Assembly (NCBI RefSeq): GCF_009914755.1
Contig: NC_060929.1
Length of the DNA: 64,000 bases
Strand: one strand, 5' to 3'
Source: the human T2T-CHM13v2.0 reference genome, Homo sapiens
Shown here: positions 1 to 19,593 of the stretch, piece by piece
How positions within the stretch are numbered: position 1 is the stretch's first letter
Layout of the letters: each line of letters starts with the position of its first letter
The notes under the pieces: model-generated
Seen by the model: only the letters and a program-made list of their open reading frames with translations
The model's database searches: none
What the model was told of the DNA's origin: nothing
Program-made: the position numbers and the translations under genes

Positions 1-619
1 GCTTGAGGGAGAGCAAATCAATGTTTCACTTTAAGGAAAAATAACTAGCTTTAATCAAAAAATAAAATTCAGGACAATAAATGAAAGCAGTATATATCAT
101 GTTCAGAAATTATATTAGTGACTCAACAAAGAGCTGAGAAATTCAACATTGTGATATAGTCATCAAAGCTTTCATCTAAGCTTTCTTTGTCTGAAACAGA
201 GTTTGGAAATTTAGCAGAAAATGAAATACCCCAAAAAGCAATGTGATCAAAACTCTGTCATACTGATCAGAACAGATCATCTACACAGGAACTAAATAAG
301 CATGATTTAACTGTATTACTTACACACCACAGAAAGAGATTGAGCTGATTAGAGATTATCCTGGGAATGCTTTTGGAAGAATTTAATTAACGTATTCAGG
401 TACAGTTTTAAAATAAATAAAGAGAAGCAGTAGAATAAAAATATTTACTATATTATAGAATGCAATACTATCTGGGAATAAATAGAGAGGCATACATTTG
501 TTTTTGTAGCATAAAGAAGTTATTAGAATTACATTTATGATACTAGAAAAAATATAAATTAAGTGTAAGAGAAGGAAATATAGCATAATAGAAAAATATC
601 TGCTTTTCATTTGGATGAA

Positions 620-1080
620 GTATCATAGGCTGCAATTGGTAAAAATCCAAAAGTTACATTTTTTATCAAGTTGAGGTAAAAGGGGCCTTTATATGTTGCT
701 AGTGGGAATGCAAAATGATACAGCTCTTGTAGAAGAGAATTTCACCATATCTAGCAAAATCATAAATGCTTTAATTTTGACCCAGCAATCTCTCTTCTAT
801 AAATCTATCCTAAATATATGAGGAAAAAAATTTTAAAAATACGCAAATGGCAATGAATTAGACCATTATAATTTACTATCACAAAATATTGAAAATAACC
901 ATTAATGGGAAGCTTGGTGAAATATTTCATAAGTATGCAATGAAGTATACATATTTGTAAAAGAAAAAAAACTAATAACTAGCCATATGGTGAAGTGAGT
1001 CAGCTCCAGTATATATTTCTAAGTGGAGAAACCAAAAAAGAGAAAGTTTGTATAATATGCTACAACTCATCTAAACTATT
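620..1080 (+). mobile_element. Old L1 (L1M-type) 3' fragment
   Basis: Degenerate L1 ORF2-end/3'UTR motifs (GTTGCTAGTGGGAATGCAAAATG, TTTGACCCAGCAATCTCTCTTCTA). Boundaries approximate. Confidence 0.45.
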
Positions 1081-1904
1081 ATTTTTTATCGTTCTATTAA
1101 TGTTGGCTTTTTAATGGAAGGCTAATTCATTGATTTTTAAAACTTGTTATTTATTTTTCTAATTTATCATGTGTTGTTCATTATGTTTTTATCTCAAGCT
1201 ACTTGTTCCAGTTTTGTCTATCTCCCCATTTAGAAAGTTATTTCGCTAGGACTTTTACCTTCTCTCTTTTTACCTCAATTTTTTTGTTCTGTATATTATT
1301 ACTTTCACATTGTTCAGATTTTATCAATTTTTTTTTTGTTTTCTCTTTTTTAATTTCAATTTTTATTTTAGATTCAGGAGGTACATGTGCAGGATTGTTA
1401 CAAGGGTACACTGTGTTGTGTTAAGGTTTGGCGTATGATCGAACCCATCACCCACATAGGGAGTATAGTACCAAATAGTTTTTCAACCCTTTCTTTCCTC
1501 CTTCACTTCCCGCCTTATGGTCCCCACTGTCTACTGTCCCCATCTTTATATCTGTGTGTACCTACTGTTTAGCTCCCACTTATAAGTAAGAATATGTGGT
1601 ATTTGGTTTTCTGTTACTGTGTTAATTCACTTAGGATAATGGCCTCTAGATGCATTCACATTGCTGCAAAGGACATGATTTCAATTGTGCTCATGGCTGT
1701 GTAGTATTCCATGGTATATATGTACCACACTTTTTTTTATCCAGTCCTCCAATATTGGACAACTGGCTTGATTCCATTTCTTTGCTATTGTGAATAGCTC
1801 TACAATAAACATACTAGTGCATGAGTCTTTTTGATACAGTGATTATTTTCATTTGGGTGTATAAACAGTAATGGGGTTGCTGGATTAAATGGTAGTTCTA
1901 TTTT

Positions 1905-2193
1905 TATTTTTGATTTTTTTGAGATAGGGTCTCGCTCTGTTCCCGAGTTAGAGTGCAGTGACCTGATCACAGAAGCAATCCTCCCACCTCAGTCTCCCAG
2001 GTACCTGGGACTATAGGTGCACACCACATGCCCAGCTAGTTTTGTTTTGTTTTATTTTTTTCTATTTTTTTTGTAGAGACAAGGTTTTGCCATGTTGCCC
2101 AGGCTGGTCTCAAACTCCTGAGCTCAAAAAAATCCAACTACCTCGGCTACCCAAAGTGCTGGAATTACAAGTGTGGGCCACCATGCCTGGCCA
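1905..2193 (-). mobile_element. AluJ-type SINE inserted in L1
   Basis: Diverged Alu arms with flanking repeat TAGTTCTATTTTTA on both sides. Confidence 0.85.
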
Positions 2194-2711
2194 ATAGTTC
2201 TATTTTTAGTTCTTTGACAAATCTCCAAATTGCTTTCCACAGTAGCTGAACTAACTTACATTCCCATCAATACTATATAAGCATTCCATTTTCTCCTCAT
2301 CCTCACCAACATCTGTTATTTTTTAATTTTTCTAATAGCCAGTCTGACTGGTGTGAGATCGTATCTCATTGTGGTTTTGGTCTACATGTCTCTAATGATT
2401 ACTGATGTGAGCTTCTTTTCATGTTTATTGACCACTTGTCGTCTTCTTTTAAGAAGGGTCTGTTCATGTCCATTGCTTACTTTTTACTGAACTTATTTAA
2501 TTTTTTCTTCTTGATTTGTTTACATTCCTAATTCTGGATATTAGACCTTCATCAAATGCAGAGGTTACTAATAATTTCTCCCACTCTGTAGATTGTTTGT
2601 TACTCCGTTGATAGTTTCTTTTGTTGCACAGAAGTATTTCATTTAGTTAGGTCTCACTTGTCAATTTTTGGTTTTGTTGCACTTGCGTTTGAGAACTTAG
2701 TCATAAATTCT

Positions 2712-3257
2712 TTTACTATTATTATTATCATTAATATTATACTTTACTAGGGTACATGTGCACAACATGCAGGTTTGTTATATAGGTATACATGTGCCAT
2801 GTTGGTTTGCTGCACACATCAACTTGTCATTTACATTAGGTATTTCTCCTAATGCTATCCCTCCCCCAGCCCCCCAAGCCCCAACAGGCCTCAGTGTGTG
2901 ATGCTCCCGTCCCTGTGTCCATGGGTTCTCATTGTTCAACTCCCACTTGAAAGTGCAAACATGTGGTGTTTGGTTTTCTGTCCTTGTGATATTTTGCTAA
3001 GAATGACGGTTTCCAGCTTCATCTACGTTCCTGCAAAGGACATGAACTCATCCTTTTTTATGGTTGTATAGTATTCCATGATGTTTATGTGCCACATTTT
3101 CTTTATCCAGTCTATTATTGATGGACATTTGGGTTGGTTCCAAGTCTTTGCTATTGTGAATAGTGCCACAATAAACATACGTGTGCATGTGTCTTTATAG
3201 TAGCATGATTTATAATCCTTTGGGTATATACCCAGTAATGGAATTGCTGGGTCAAAT
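2712..3257 (-). mobile_element. 5'-truncated L1PA 3' end nested in the older L1
   Basis: Encodes the ORF2 C-terminus DPAIPLLGIYPKDYKSCYYKDTCTRMFIVALFTIAKTWNQPKCP plus an L1PA-type 3'UTR and (TAT)n tail. AAATTC is present at both ends. Confidence 0.85.
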
Positions 3258-6200
3258 TCCCCAAGCCTGATGTCTAGAATACTTCCTAGGTTTTTTTCTA
3301 AGATTTTTATAGTTTGAGGTCTTAATTTAAGTCCTTCATTCATGTTGAGTTAATTTTTGTATATGGTAAGAGTTAGGGGTCCAGTTTCCTTCTTCTGCAT
3401 ATGGTTAGCTAGGTATCGCAGCACTATTTGTTGAATAGTGAGTCCTTTCCTCATTGCTTATTTTTGTTGACTTTGTCAAAGATCAGTTGGTTGTAGGTGT
3501 GTGGTTTTATTTCTGGGTTCTCTATTCTGTTCCATTAGTCTCTGTGTCTGGTTTTTATCGGCGCCATGCTGTTTTGGTAATTGTATCCTTGTAGTATAGT
3601 TTGAAGTCAGGTAATGTCATGCCTCCAGCTTCCTTTTGCTTAGGATTTCTTTGGCTATTTAGGCTCTTTTTTGGTTCCATGTAAATTTTAACTTAGTTTT
3701 TCCTAGTTCTGTGAAAAATGACATTGGTAGTTTGATAAAAATAATGTTGAATCTGTAGATTGCTTTGGACAGCATGGACATTTGAATGATATTTGTTCTT
3801 CCAACCCATTAGCATATATTTTTCCATTTGATTGTATTATCTATGATTTCTTTCAGCAGTGTTTTGTAGTTCTCCTTATAGAGATCTTTTACCTTGTTGG
3901 TTAGATGCATTCCTAGATATTATAATTTTTGTGACTATTATAAATGGGATTACATTGTTGATTTAGCTCTCAATTTGAATGTTATTGGTGTTTAGAAATG
4001 CTACTGACTTATACATTAGTATGTACATTGATTTTGTATCTTGAAACTTTACTGAAGGCATATATCAGATCTAGGAGCCTTTTGGTGGAGTTTAGGTTAG
4101 AATCGTATTGTGAATTAAGAGACATAATTTGACTCCTTCTTTTCCTATTGGGATGCCTTTTATTTCTTTCTGTTGTCTGATTGCTCTAGCTAGGACTAGG
4201 ACTTCCAGTACTATGAGCAATAGGAGTGGTGAGAGTGTGCACCCTGGTCTGGTTATGGTTTTTAAAGAGAATGTTTCCAGCTTTTTCCCATTCATTATGA
4301 TATTGGCTATGGGTTAGTCATAGATGGCTATTATTACTTTGAGATATTGCTTCAATGCCTAGTTTTTTGAGGATTTTTATCATGAAGACATATTGGATTT
4401 TATAAGGATGATTATATGGTTTTTGTTTTTCATTCTGTTTATGAATAATGTGGTTTATGTGATGAATCACATTTATTGATTTGCATATGTTAAACCAGTC
4501 TTGCATGCAAGGAATATAGCCTACTTGGTGATGATGAATAAACTTTTTGATGTGCTGCTAGATTCAGTTTGCTAGTATTTTGCGGAGGATTTTTGCATCC
4601 GTGTTCATCAGGGATATTGACCTGTAGTTTTCCTTTTTCATTGTGTCTTTATCAGGTTTTGGTATCAGGATGATGTCAGCCTCTTCGTATATCTGGCAGA
4701 ATTTGGCTGTGAATCTATCTGGTACAGAGCTCTTTTTTTTTTTTTTTTTGGTTGATAGGTTTTTTATTACTGATTCAATTTCAGAAGTTATTATTGATCT
4801 GTTCAGGATTTCAATTTCTTTCAGTTCATCCTTAGGAGGTTTGGAGTTTGCAGGAATTTATCCATTTCTTCTAAATTTTCTAGTTTTTATACATACAGGT
4901 GTTCATAAAAGTCTCCGAGGATCTTTTGTATCTTTGTGGGATTAGTTATAATGCCATCTTTGTCATTTCTGATTGTGCCTATTTGGATCTTCTCTGTTTT
5001 TTTCTTTGTTAATCTAGCAGCAGTCTATGAATGTTGTTTTATCCTCTCAAAGAACCAACATTTTCTTTCATTGATCCTTTGTATGGATTTTTGGGTCTCA
5101 ATTTTGTACAGTTCCAGCCTGATTCTAGTTATTTCTTTTCTTTTATTAGCTTTGGGACTATACTGTTCTTGTTTTTGTAGTTCTTCTAGATGTGATGCTA
5201 GATCACAAATTTAAAACTTTTCAACTTTTTGAGGTAGGTATTTGGCACTATAAACTTTCCTCCTTACACTACTTTTGCTCCACCTGAGAGATTTTGGTAT
5301 ATTGTGTCTCTGTTTTTATTAATTTCAAAGAATCCTTTTATTTCTGACTTAATTTTGTTGTCTATCCAAAAGTCATTTAGAAGCAAGTTGTTTAATTTCT
5401 ATATAATTTTGTAGTTTGGGGGGATTTTCTTGGTATTTATTTTTATTCTCATTCCACTGTGGTCTGAGTGTATTGGTGGTATGATTTCAAATTTTTAAAA
5501 TTTATTGAGACTTGCTTTATGATTCAGCATGTGGTTAATCTTGGAGTATGTTCCTTGTGGAGACCAGAAGAATGTATATTTTGTGATTGACGAGTGCAGT
5601 TTTCTGTAGATGCCTATTAGGTCCAAATGGTCAAGTGTCAAATTTAAGTCCAGTATTTTTTTTGTTACTTTTCTGCCTTCATGATCTATCTAACACTGTT
5701 AGTGGGGTGTCAAAGTACCCACTATTATTGTGTGGCTGTTTAACCCTTTTTATAAGTCTAGAAGTACTTGTTTTATGAATCCAGGTGTTCCAATGTTTAG
5801 TGCATAAATAGGTGCATATATGTTTAGGATAACTAAGTCTGCTTGTTGTATCGAACACTTTATCACTATGTAATGCCCTTCTTTGTCCTTTTATACTGTT
5901 GTTAGTTTAAACTCTATTTTTTATGATACAAAAATGATGACTCCTCTTTTTTGCTTTCCATTTGCGTGATAGATTTTTCTTCATTCCTTTACGTTGAGTC
6001 CGTGAGTGTTACAAAAAGATGGCAATTAGACTGGAAAATTCCATCAAACAACCTTGTTGGTTCAACAATTGAATTATAAGAAAAATAAAAAGAAGGGAGG
6101 GGAGCTTTAGGTTAAAAATACCAAGTGCATCAACCACTTTCAATGTATTAATCTCATAATCCTAACTAAAACAAGTAATTTGAAAAGAGAGAAATTTGAG

Positions 6201-6290
6201 TCCCTTATATTTAATATTAATAAATTATAATTTTTAAGTATAATCATCATACTTCTGGTAATTTCTCTAATAATTTTTTACTTTTAGACA

Positions 6291-6653
6291 TGATATGGTT
6301 TGGCTGTGGCCTCGCCCAAATTTCATCTTTAATTGTAGCTCCAATAATCCCCAGGTGTTGTGGGAGGGACCTGCTGGGAGGCAACTTAATCATGAGGGTG
6401 GGTTTTTCCCGTGATGGTCTTGTGATAGTGAGTAAGTCTCATGAGGTCTGAAAGTTTTATAAAGGGCAGTTCCCCTGCACAGGCTCTCTTTTGCCTGCCA
6501 CCATGTAAGACATGCCTTTGCTCCTCCTTCACCTTCTGCCATGATTGTGAGGCCTCCCCAGCCATGTGGAACTGTGAGTCCATTAAACTTTTTCTTTATA
6601 AATCACCCAGTCTTGGGTATTTCTTCATCGCAGTATGAAAACGGACTAATACA
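6291..6653 (+). mobile_element. THE1-family MaLR solo LTR
   Basis: TGATATGGTTTGGCTG...GGACTAATACA termini; 5 bp TSD AGACA/AGATG. Confidence 0.9.
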
Positions 6654-7479
6654 AGATGTAAGTAATATGAATATTTGCTTCAACATAAAACAGAAGGAGA
6701 GGGAAAGTAGGAAGAAGTGTTCATTAAATAAGACTGGTCAAGGGTTAATTATTGTAAGCTTGGCAATGGCACATGTATGTTCATTATACTGCTATCTAGT
6801 TTTAAAAGTGTTTGAAAATTCTGGAAAAAGTTAATGTTGGTGCAAATTATTAGCTATGTGATCTACATAAGTTGCCTAGCTTCCCTGAACCTTATCTGGA
6901 AAAGAAGATGGTATTGTTTCCATAGGATAGTTATTTCATTAATTCTGACTTCTCTAATGTTTTAACTAAAGTCCACTAACATTAGCATCTAACATAAAAC
7001 TTAACAGAACCCTGCATGTGAAGTAAAATACAAACACTGTTATATTAGTAGGAAAGCAGAAACATTGAAACTCACGCAAATTTGTTATGGTCATGTATTA
7101 TAAGATTCAAGATTAAAGCTCAAATTGAAAACCTATGTTTATAATTAAAAATATAAATATTACAATGTTACTTTAAAATTTCTCAAGTTTTAGAGTTTTT
7201 CTCTATTTCATGTGAAACAAAAGAAATAACTTCAATGAAGATAAGAAAGAAGCACCAAGGGTAGCAATAGATTTACTTAATGAATTTAAGTCCTATTACT
7301 TTACAAAGTACATACTTATACCCTGAGCTTTGCCTGAGAATTACTGTAAACGCCAAAGCTGTATTATGATACACAATAATTTGTTTTAAGCTTACTCCTG
7401 TAGAGGAAAATGTGCTGAATGCATCTTTAAATATAATATGTATTTTGAAGCTAACATTATACCAACCCTAAAGACATTG

Positions 7480-7700
7480 CAGGAACCTGTTTAGAAAGAT
7501 TGGAAGTGACAGAGACAATTTTTATGGGCATGGAGACAACATCAAAGCAAGCTGTGGTTCACCCTGTGACATTTTCACAGCAGCTCATCATAATTATGGA
7601 TATAATAGGTGACTGGTCAGTTAACTCCATGAATTATTGGCAGGAATGCCAAAAAATAATCCTCCTATCCCTCCCTCATATAACCTGAGGCAGCATGATA
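7480..7700 (+). mobile_element. Possible ancient ERVL-class internal (pro/pol) remnant
   Basis: VVHPVTFSQQLIIIMDIIGDW weakly resembles the recalled ERVL motif HPVVISPVPECIIGIDILSSW. Confidence 0.3.
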
Positions 7701-7996
7701 TTCCATATTTTCTATCACTTTAATCAACAGTCACAAATTTTGCTTTAAACTAAAATCTTTCTAATTTCCTGCCATGTCATGCCTCTCTCTCCTTTCAAAA
7801 AACTACCCTTCCAAGATTATTTTTAAAATAGCAGAAATAGTAATAGCTAAAAATTGGTGTTTACCCAATTTGTACTTCCAAAACCATGTGGGAAATGGAC
7901 CATGTAGAGGGTAACAGCAATTTGGTTTGCTACTTTTAAGAGAATAGGAATTTTTAGGAACTCTTTGGTTTTCCCCTTTTTGCACTATTCTCATAG

Positions 7997-8454
<458 letters not shown>

Positions 8455-8525
8455 TAGATTTGAGCTGGGCCAAAAGGTTCTGAGCAAGAGTCAAACAAAA
8501 GTGGGATGTCACCACCTATGCCCCC

Positions 8526-8947
8526 AATTGCTTGAACCTGGGAATTGCTTGAACCTGGGAGGCGGAGGTTGCAGTGAGCTGAGACTGTGCCACTGCACTC
8601 CAGCCTGGGCAACAGAGCAAGACTCTATCTTTTAAAAAAAAAAAAAAAAGAATGCTAGTATCAGCCAGGCACAGTGGCTCATGCCTGTAATCCCAGCACT
8701 TTAGGAGGCTAAGGCAGGAGGATCACTTGAGCTCAAGAGTTTGAGACTGGCCTGGGCAACATAGTGAGATCCAATCTCTACAAAAACATTTAAAATTAGC
8801 TGGGCACGGTGGTGTACACCTGGAGTCCCAGCTACTTGGAAGACTGAGGCAAGAGGGTTGCTTAGGCCCAGGAATTCAAGGCTGCAGTGAGCTGTGATCA
8901 CACCACTGCACTCCAGCCAGAGCAACAGAGTAAGACCCTGCCTTCAC

Positions 8948-8976
<29 letters not shown>
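8526..8976 (+). mobile_element. Truncated Alu right-arm fragment (8526-8650) followed by AluJ (8663-8976)
   Basis: Alu sequence begins mid right arm with a duplicated AATTGCTTGAACCTGGG. The second Alu has a ~29 nt poly-A tail. Confidence 0.85.
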
Positions 8977-8978
<2 letters not shown>

Positions 8979-9252
8979 AGGTTCCAACCCTGGAGTTACT
9001 AAATCAGGATATCAGAATGCAGAGATCTGGCATTTCAAAAAAAACTTCCCCTGGAGATTCTGATCAGCCAGGTTTGGGCCAGACGAACTCTAAGCTCACT
9101 TAAACCTTTGACATTTTATGAGTCTATTAAATCGAGTACAAAAAATGCTGAGTCCAAACTGAGCAAAACAAATCCCATCTCCCTATGCCCAGCCTCCTTG
9201 GATTCAGAAAGCCACACTGCCTGGAGAGTAAGCAGAGAGAGAATTGTCATTA

Positions 9253-11590
<2,338 letters not shown>

Positions 11591-12174
11591 TAGACTGTTG
11601 TTGAATCTGGTTTTCTTCTTCTTTCCTCAGTTCTTTTCTTTTACATCTTCCCCCCATCATTGCTCTGCCCATCCGAAGGCTGTGGCTGGCACAGGACAGA
11701 ACAGAACCTCCTAGCCTCAAGTTCCAAACCCATACTCTCCAACAGCCAGGCCCTCAGATGGGAAGCTTCAGAGCCTTGTGACAGCCTGGCTGAACCTCTC
11801 CAGCCTGGGCGCTCCCTCCATTTCCTGCCCCGGAAACAGGCATCTCCTCTGGCCACCTCCCAAAGAAGCCTGTCTGGAAGCCTCAGGCACCCGTTCCTGG
11901 AAGCCTGTACTATTCACAACAAAGGGCCTGTCCACCCAGTCGTGCTGAGCACACCCCTATTCCCCCGAGCTCTGAATTGTCCTTTGCCCAGGCTGGGACA
12001 ACATCTCAGAGCCTTCTGCCTGCTGCAGACTCGGCTCAGCCCAAAGCACTCCATGAAATTGGGGTGTGGCATCTGCCTCAAGGAGCATTTCTACAACCTC
12101 TGCTGCCTCTACCGCAAATGAAAACTCCACCTCTGAATGCCGAGTTAGAACTGCACAATTGTAAGGAAGAAAAG

Positions 12175-13098
<924 letters not shown>

Positions 13099-13268
13099 AC
13101 TACAATTTGGGTGGGTAGATATTTAGTTCCCTGAACCGTCTGGGTATGGACGGCCCTCCCATTGGGCTGGGACAGGATGCTGATCTCCAATAGCACACGT
13201 CCACCACAGTCTGCCATCTGCCAGGGTCTCCTGCCTGATCCAGCCCAGGGCAGGCAGTGGGCACTGAA

Positions 13269-13414
13269 TTGAAGGAGTAGCCAGCAGATTCCAGGAAGGA
13301 CGCAGGCTCGTTGGCCACAGACCACATCACGATGGCGGGTGGTTCTTGTCTCTTAGCACCGGTTCCTCCACCACCCACATATGGTGATGCATAGACATGT
13401 TGTTGAAGAGTTGC
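13269..13414 (-). pseudogene. GUSB-like exon 8 (both splice sites lost, 1 nt deletion)
   Basis: Acceptor reads TG and donor reads TTCAGT. Contains VMWSVANEP (the catalytic acid/base motif of GH2) after a frameshift. Confidence 0.88.
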
Positions 13415-13498
13415 CAGCGGGCCAGGAGGGAAGGGACAGAGGGTCACGGTGTGGCCCGAGGGCTGGCCAGGCAGAGCGGGTGCGCAGCAGGGACTCAT

Positions 13499-13677
13499 GG
13501 CAGCATCAGGCCCACAGCAGGACACTCATCGATGACCACAATCCCATACCGGTAACATATCTGCAGCATCTCCTCCGTGTAGGGATAGTGGCTGGGGCAG
13601 AAGGTGTTGGCGCCAAGCCAGCAAAGCAGGTTGAAGTCCTTCACCAGCAGCGGACAGTCGAAGCCCTTCCCTTGGAT
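13499..13677 (-). pseudogene. GUSB-like exon 7 (donor GT>AT)
   Basis: 179 nt starting [18 protein letters not shown]; followed by ATGAGT rather than GTGAGT. Confidence 0.9.
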
Positions 13678-13867
13678 CTAGGGGACAGCAGAGCTGAGTG
13701 ACCCCTGTCCCTGTCAAAGCGGCACTTCCTCTGAGAGCCAGGACCCTGGAGAACCACCCCATGAGGCCCCCTCTCCAGCCCAAGCACCGGCTCCACCATG
13801 GGGTGGTTTGGAGCCATTTGCCTCATTGCCTTGAGCTGCCCTCAACTGCAGGACACAGGGAAGGCTA

Positions 13868-14131
<264 letters not shown>

Positions 14132-14261
14132 CTACAGCAGGAAGACCCCTCGTGCATGCACCCCAGCAGTCACCTCTGGGCCTGCAGAGAAGCAGCAATC
14201 AGAGGCTCTGCCCTTCACTGGCTGACCCTGGGACCTGCCCTTCAAAATCGGGCCTTCTCCT

Positions 14262-14895
<634 letters not shown>

Positions 14896-15041
14896 ATCTG
14901 GGCCTCCCACCAAGGGTGGGAAACACCAGAAAGCTCAGAGGACCACACCTGCCCGTTCACCTGTCCTGGGATCCTGCTGAAGCCAGGGCTACCAGATGGG
15001 GGCAAAAGACCTCCCTTAAGCAAGTCCCAAACCACCATTAC

Positions 15042-15229
15042 CTCCCACGAGTACAGGTAGGCGGGGTGTTCGTGCATCAGGTACGGCCACCAGAGGTTGG
15101 CACCCAGCACCTTCAGCTGGCCCTGGGTCCCAGCCTGGTTGTCCACGACCTTGTTTTCTGCATTCAAAAGACACACTTCCAACTTGAACTGGTTACTGCA
15201 CTTGACGGAGATCTGGTAATTCACCAGCC
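15042..15229 (-). pseudogene. GUSB-like exon 5
   Basis: 188 nt, intact AG/GT, encodes [62 protein letters not shown]. Confidence 0.95.
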
Positions 15230-15337
15230 CTGCAGGAGGCAAGAGAGACCAGGGCTTAGGGAGGGACATGACCTGGGTCACACAAACGGGAATGCCCCAC
15301 AATGACCACTTCCAGGCACTCTCATTTGCTTCTGTTG

Positions 15338-15951
<614 letters not shown>

Positions 15952-15974
15952 TAGATTAGATATATTATTAATGA

Positions 15975-16346
<372 letters not shown>

Positions 16347-16759
16347 AAAGATTTTATAACAGTATCCTATGAAATCTACTACTTTCAAGTAATAGTAGTT
16401 GAATTACCAAAACCCGTCACTCAAGCCAATGACTACAATTAAGATATCAGTAACATTTCCTAGATAAATAATGTCAATTAATTATATTTGCATCTGGGAA
16501 ATACAGAAAGTACATATAAGCCATGATTTTGAAGTCAAAAGAGAGAGAATATTTGGCAAGGAGGGGTGAGTTATAGTATGTAATTATAACATATAGTAGT
16601 TTTTTGTGTGCTGGTAACTAATTTTAATTTCCTACATTTTTATGTAGATTTCTGCTATTCTTGTCCTATTTTCCTAATCATCTTTCTGTATGGATGACTA
16701 CATAAGTCTGAAAATACCAAAAGAGACAGACACAGAACCAATCGGATTCCTTTCTTCTT

Positions 16760-17372
<613 letters not shown>

Positions 17373-17557
17373 ATTATATTTGAATTTTGTTTAAATCGCT
17401 AACACATACTGGGCATTTAATAACAAAAAAAAGGACATGAGATTGTGATCCTTATGAGGGTTTGAGAGGCATTTCACTAGGGTTCAACATAGAGCAGTCT
17501 GAAACATACTGTAATAATTTAATCCAATGGCTCATCTACAGCACCTAAAAAGATTAC

Positions 17558-18467
<910 letters not shown>

Positions 18468-19130
18468 ATTTTCGTAGACAATCTAATCTCATAGAAGATT
18501 TCAATTCAGACAAAAATCATGAGAATTACTATATTACAAACGGGCACTAGATGGGGGAAAAGAGTAAAAATCAGAATTAAAACAAAGGTTCAAAATTCTG
18601 CATCAACCATATCCAGTTACACTTTAATATGTTTGTGGCAGACTACATTATTGTTCCCAACTCATCACCCCTCCCTATATCTACAACCTTTCCCCAAGAC
18701 AATGCAGTTCCTCCTGCTAGAGATCAGGTATATTTATCTATACTATCAATGTGAGCCATGGACAAGGTACGTGATTTGGCTGACGGAATGTTAGTGGACA
18801 TGATAGAAGCAATGGCTTAAAATGTACTTCCAGAACTGGAGTTTCCTTGTGATTCTATCACTGTGACAAAAACACATTCTCAGGTAGTCCACTGATCCAA
18901 GGGGGAACAAACACACAGAAAACATACCTAGACTATCTGCAGCTTGCAGCCTCACCAAGCCAAGAACAGTCAACTCACGGATATGTTAGCAAAAATAAAT
19001 GTTTTTCGTACCTTAAGTTTTATATAATTATTGACCTATAGTTAACTGATATACAATATACATTAATCTTAAAATATCATTATCCCATTAAAAATATTTA
19101 CATTAAAAACTGATCACTTTCTTCCCTCCA

Positions 19131-19161
<31 letters not shown>

Positions 19162-19593
19162 AGACAGGGTGTCTCAATGTTTCCCAAGCTGGAGTTCAGT
19201 GGCTAGTGGCTATTCACAAGAACGATCATCGCACACTACCTCAAACTCCTGGGATCAAGCAATCTTCCTGCCTCAGCTTTCCAAGTAGCTGGGGCTATAA
19301 GTGTGTACCACAGCATGTCAGCTCTCTCTCTTCTTCTTGACCTAAAGCCTAGCATAAAATTAGCTAAGTAGAATGTTTCCAAAGATGCCTGCATCAGTAT
19401 CTCCCATCCCACATAATTTCTGTTTGATTTTGCCATTCACCCATAAAATGGTGGGATCTACCTCCCCTCCTTGCAAATTTGAGCTGGCCCTCTGATCCTG
19501 TCTAAGATCTGAAGCCAGATATTAACGTACTTAATTAATTTCCATGTTTGTCCTCTATGCAACCTAGCAATCAAGCAAGAAGTCAAAACCTAC

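Larger units (their letters stand above)
1330..6010 (-). mobile_element. L1 (L1PB/L1MA-like), ORF2 plus 3'UTR, degenerate
   Basis: Minus-strand ORF2 peptides ([18 protein letters not shown]; [35 protein letters not shown]) with stops and frameshifts. T-rich tail at ~1330-1370. Confidence 0.9.
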
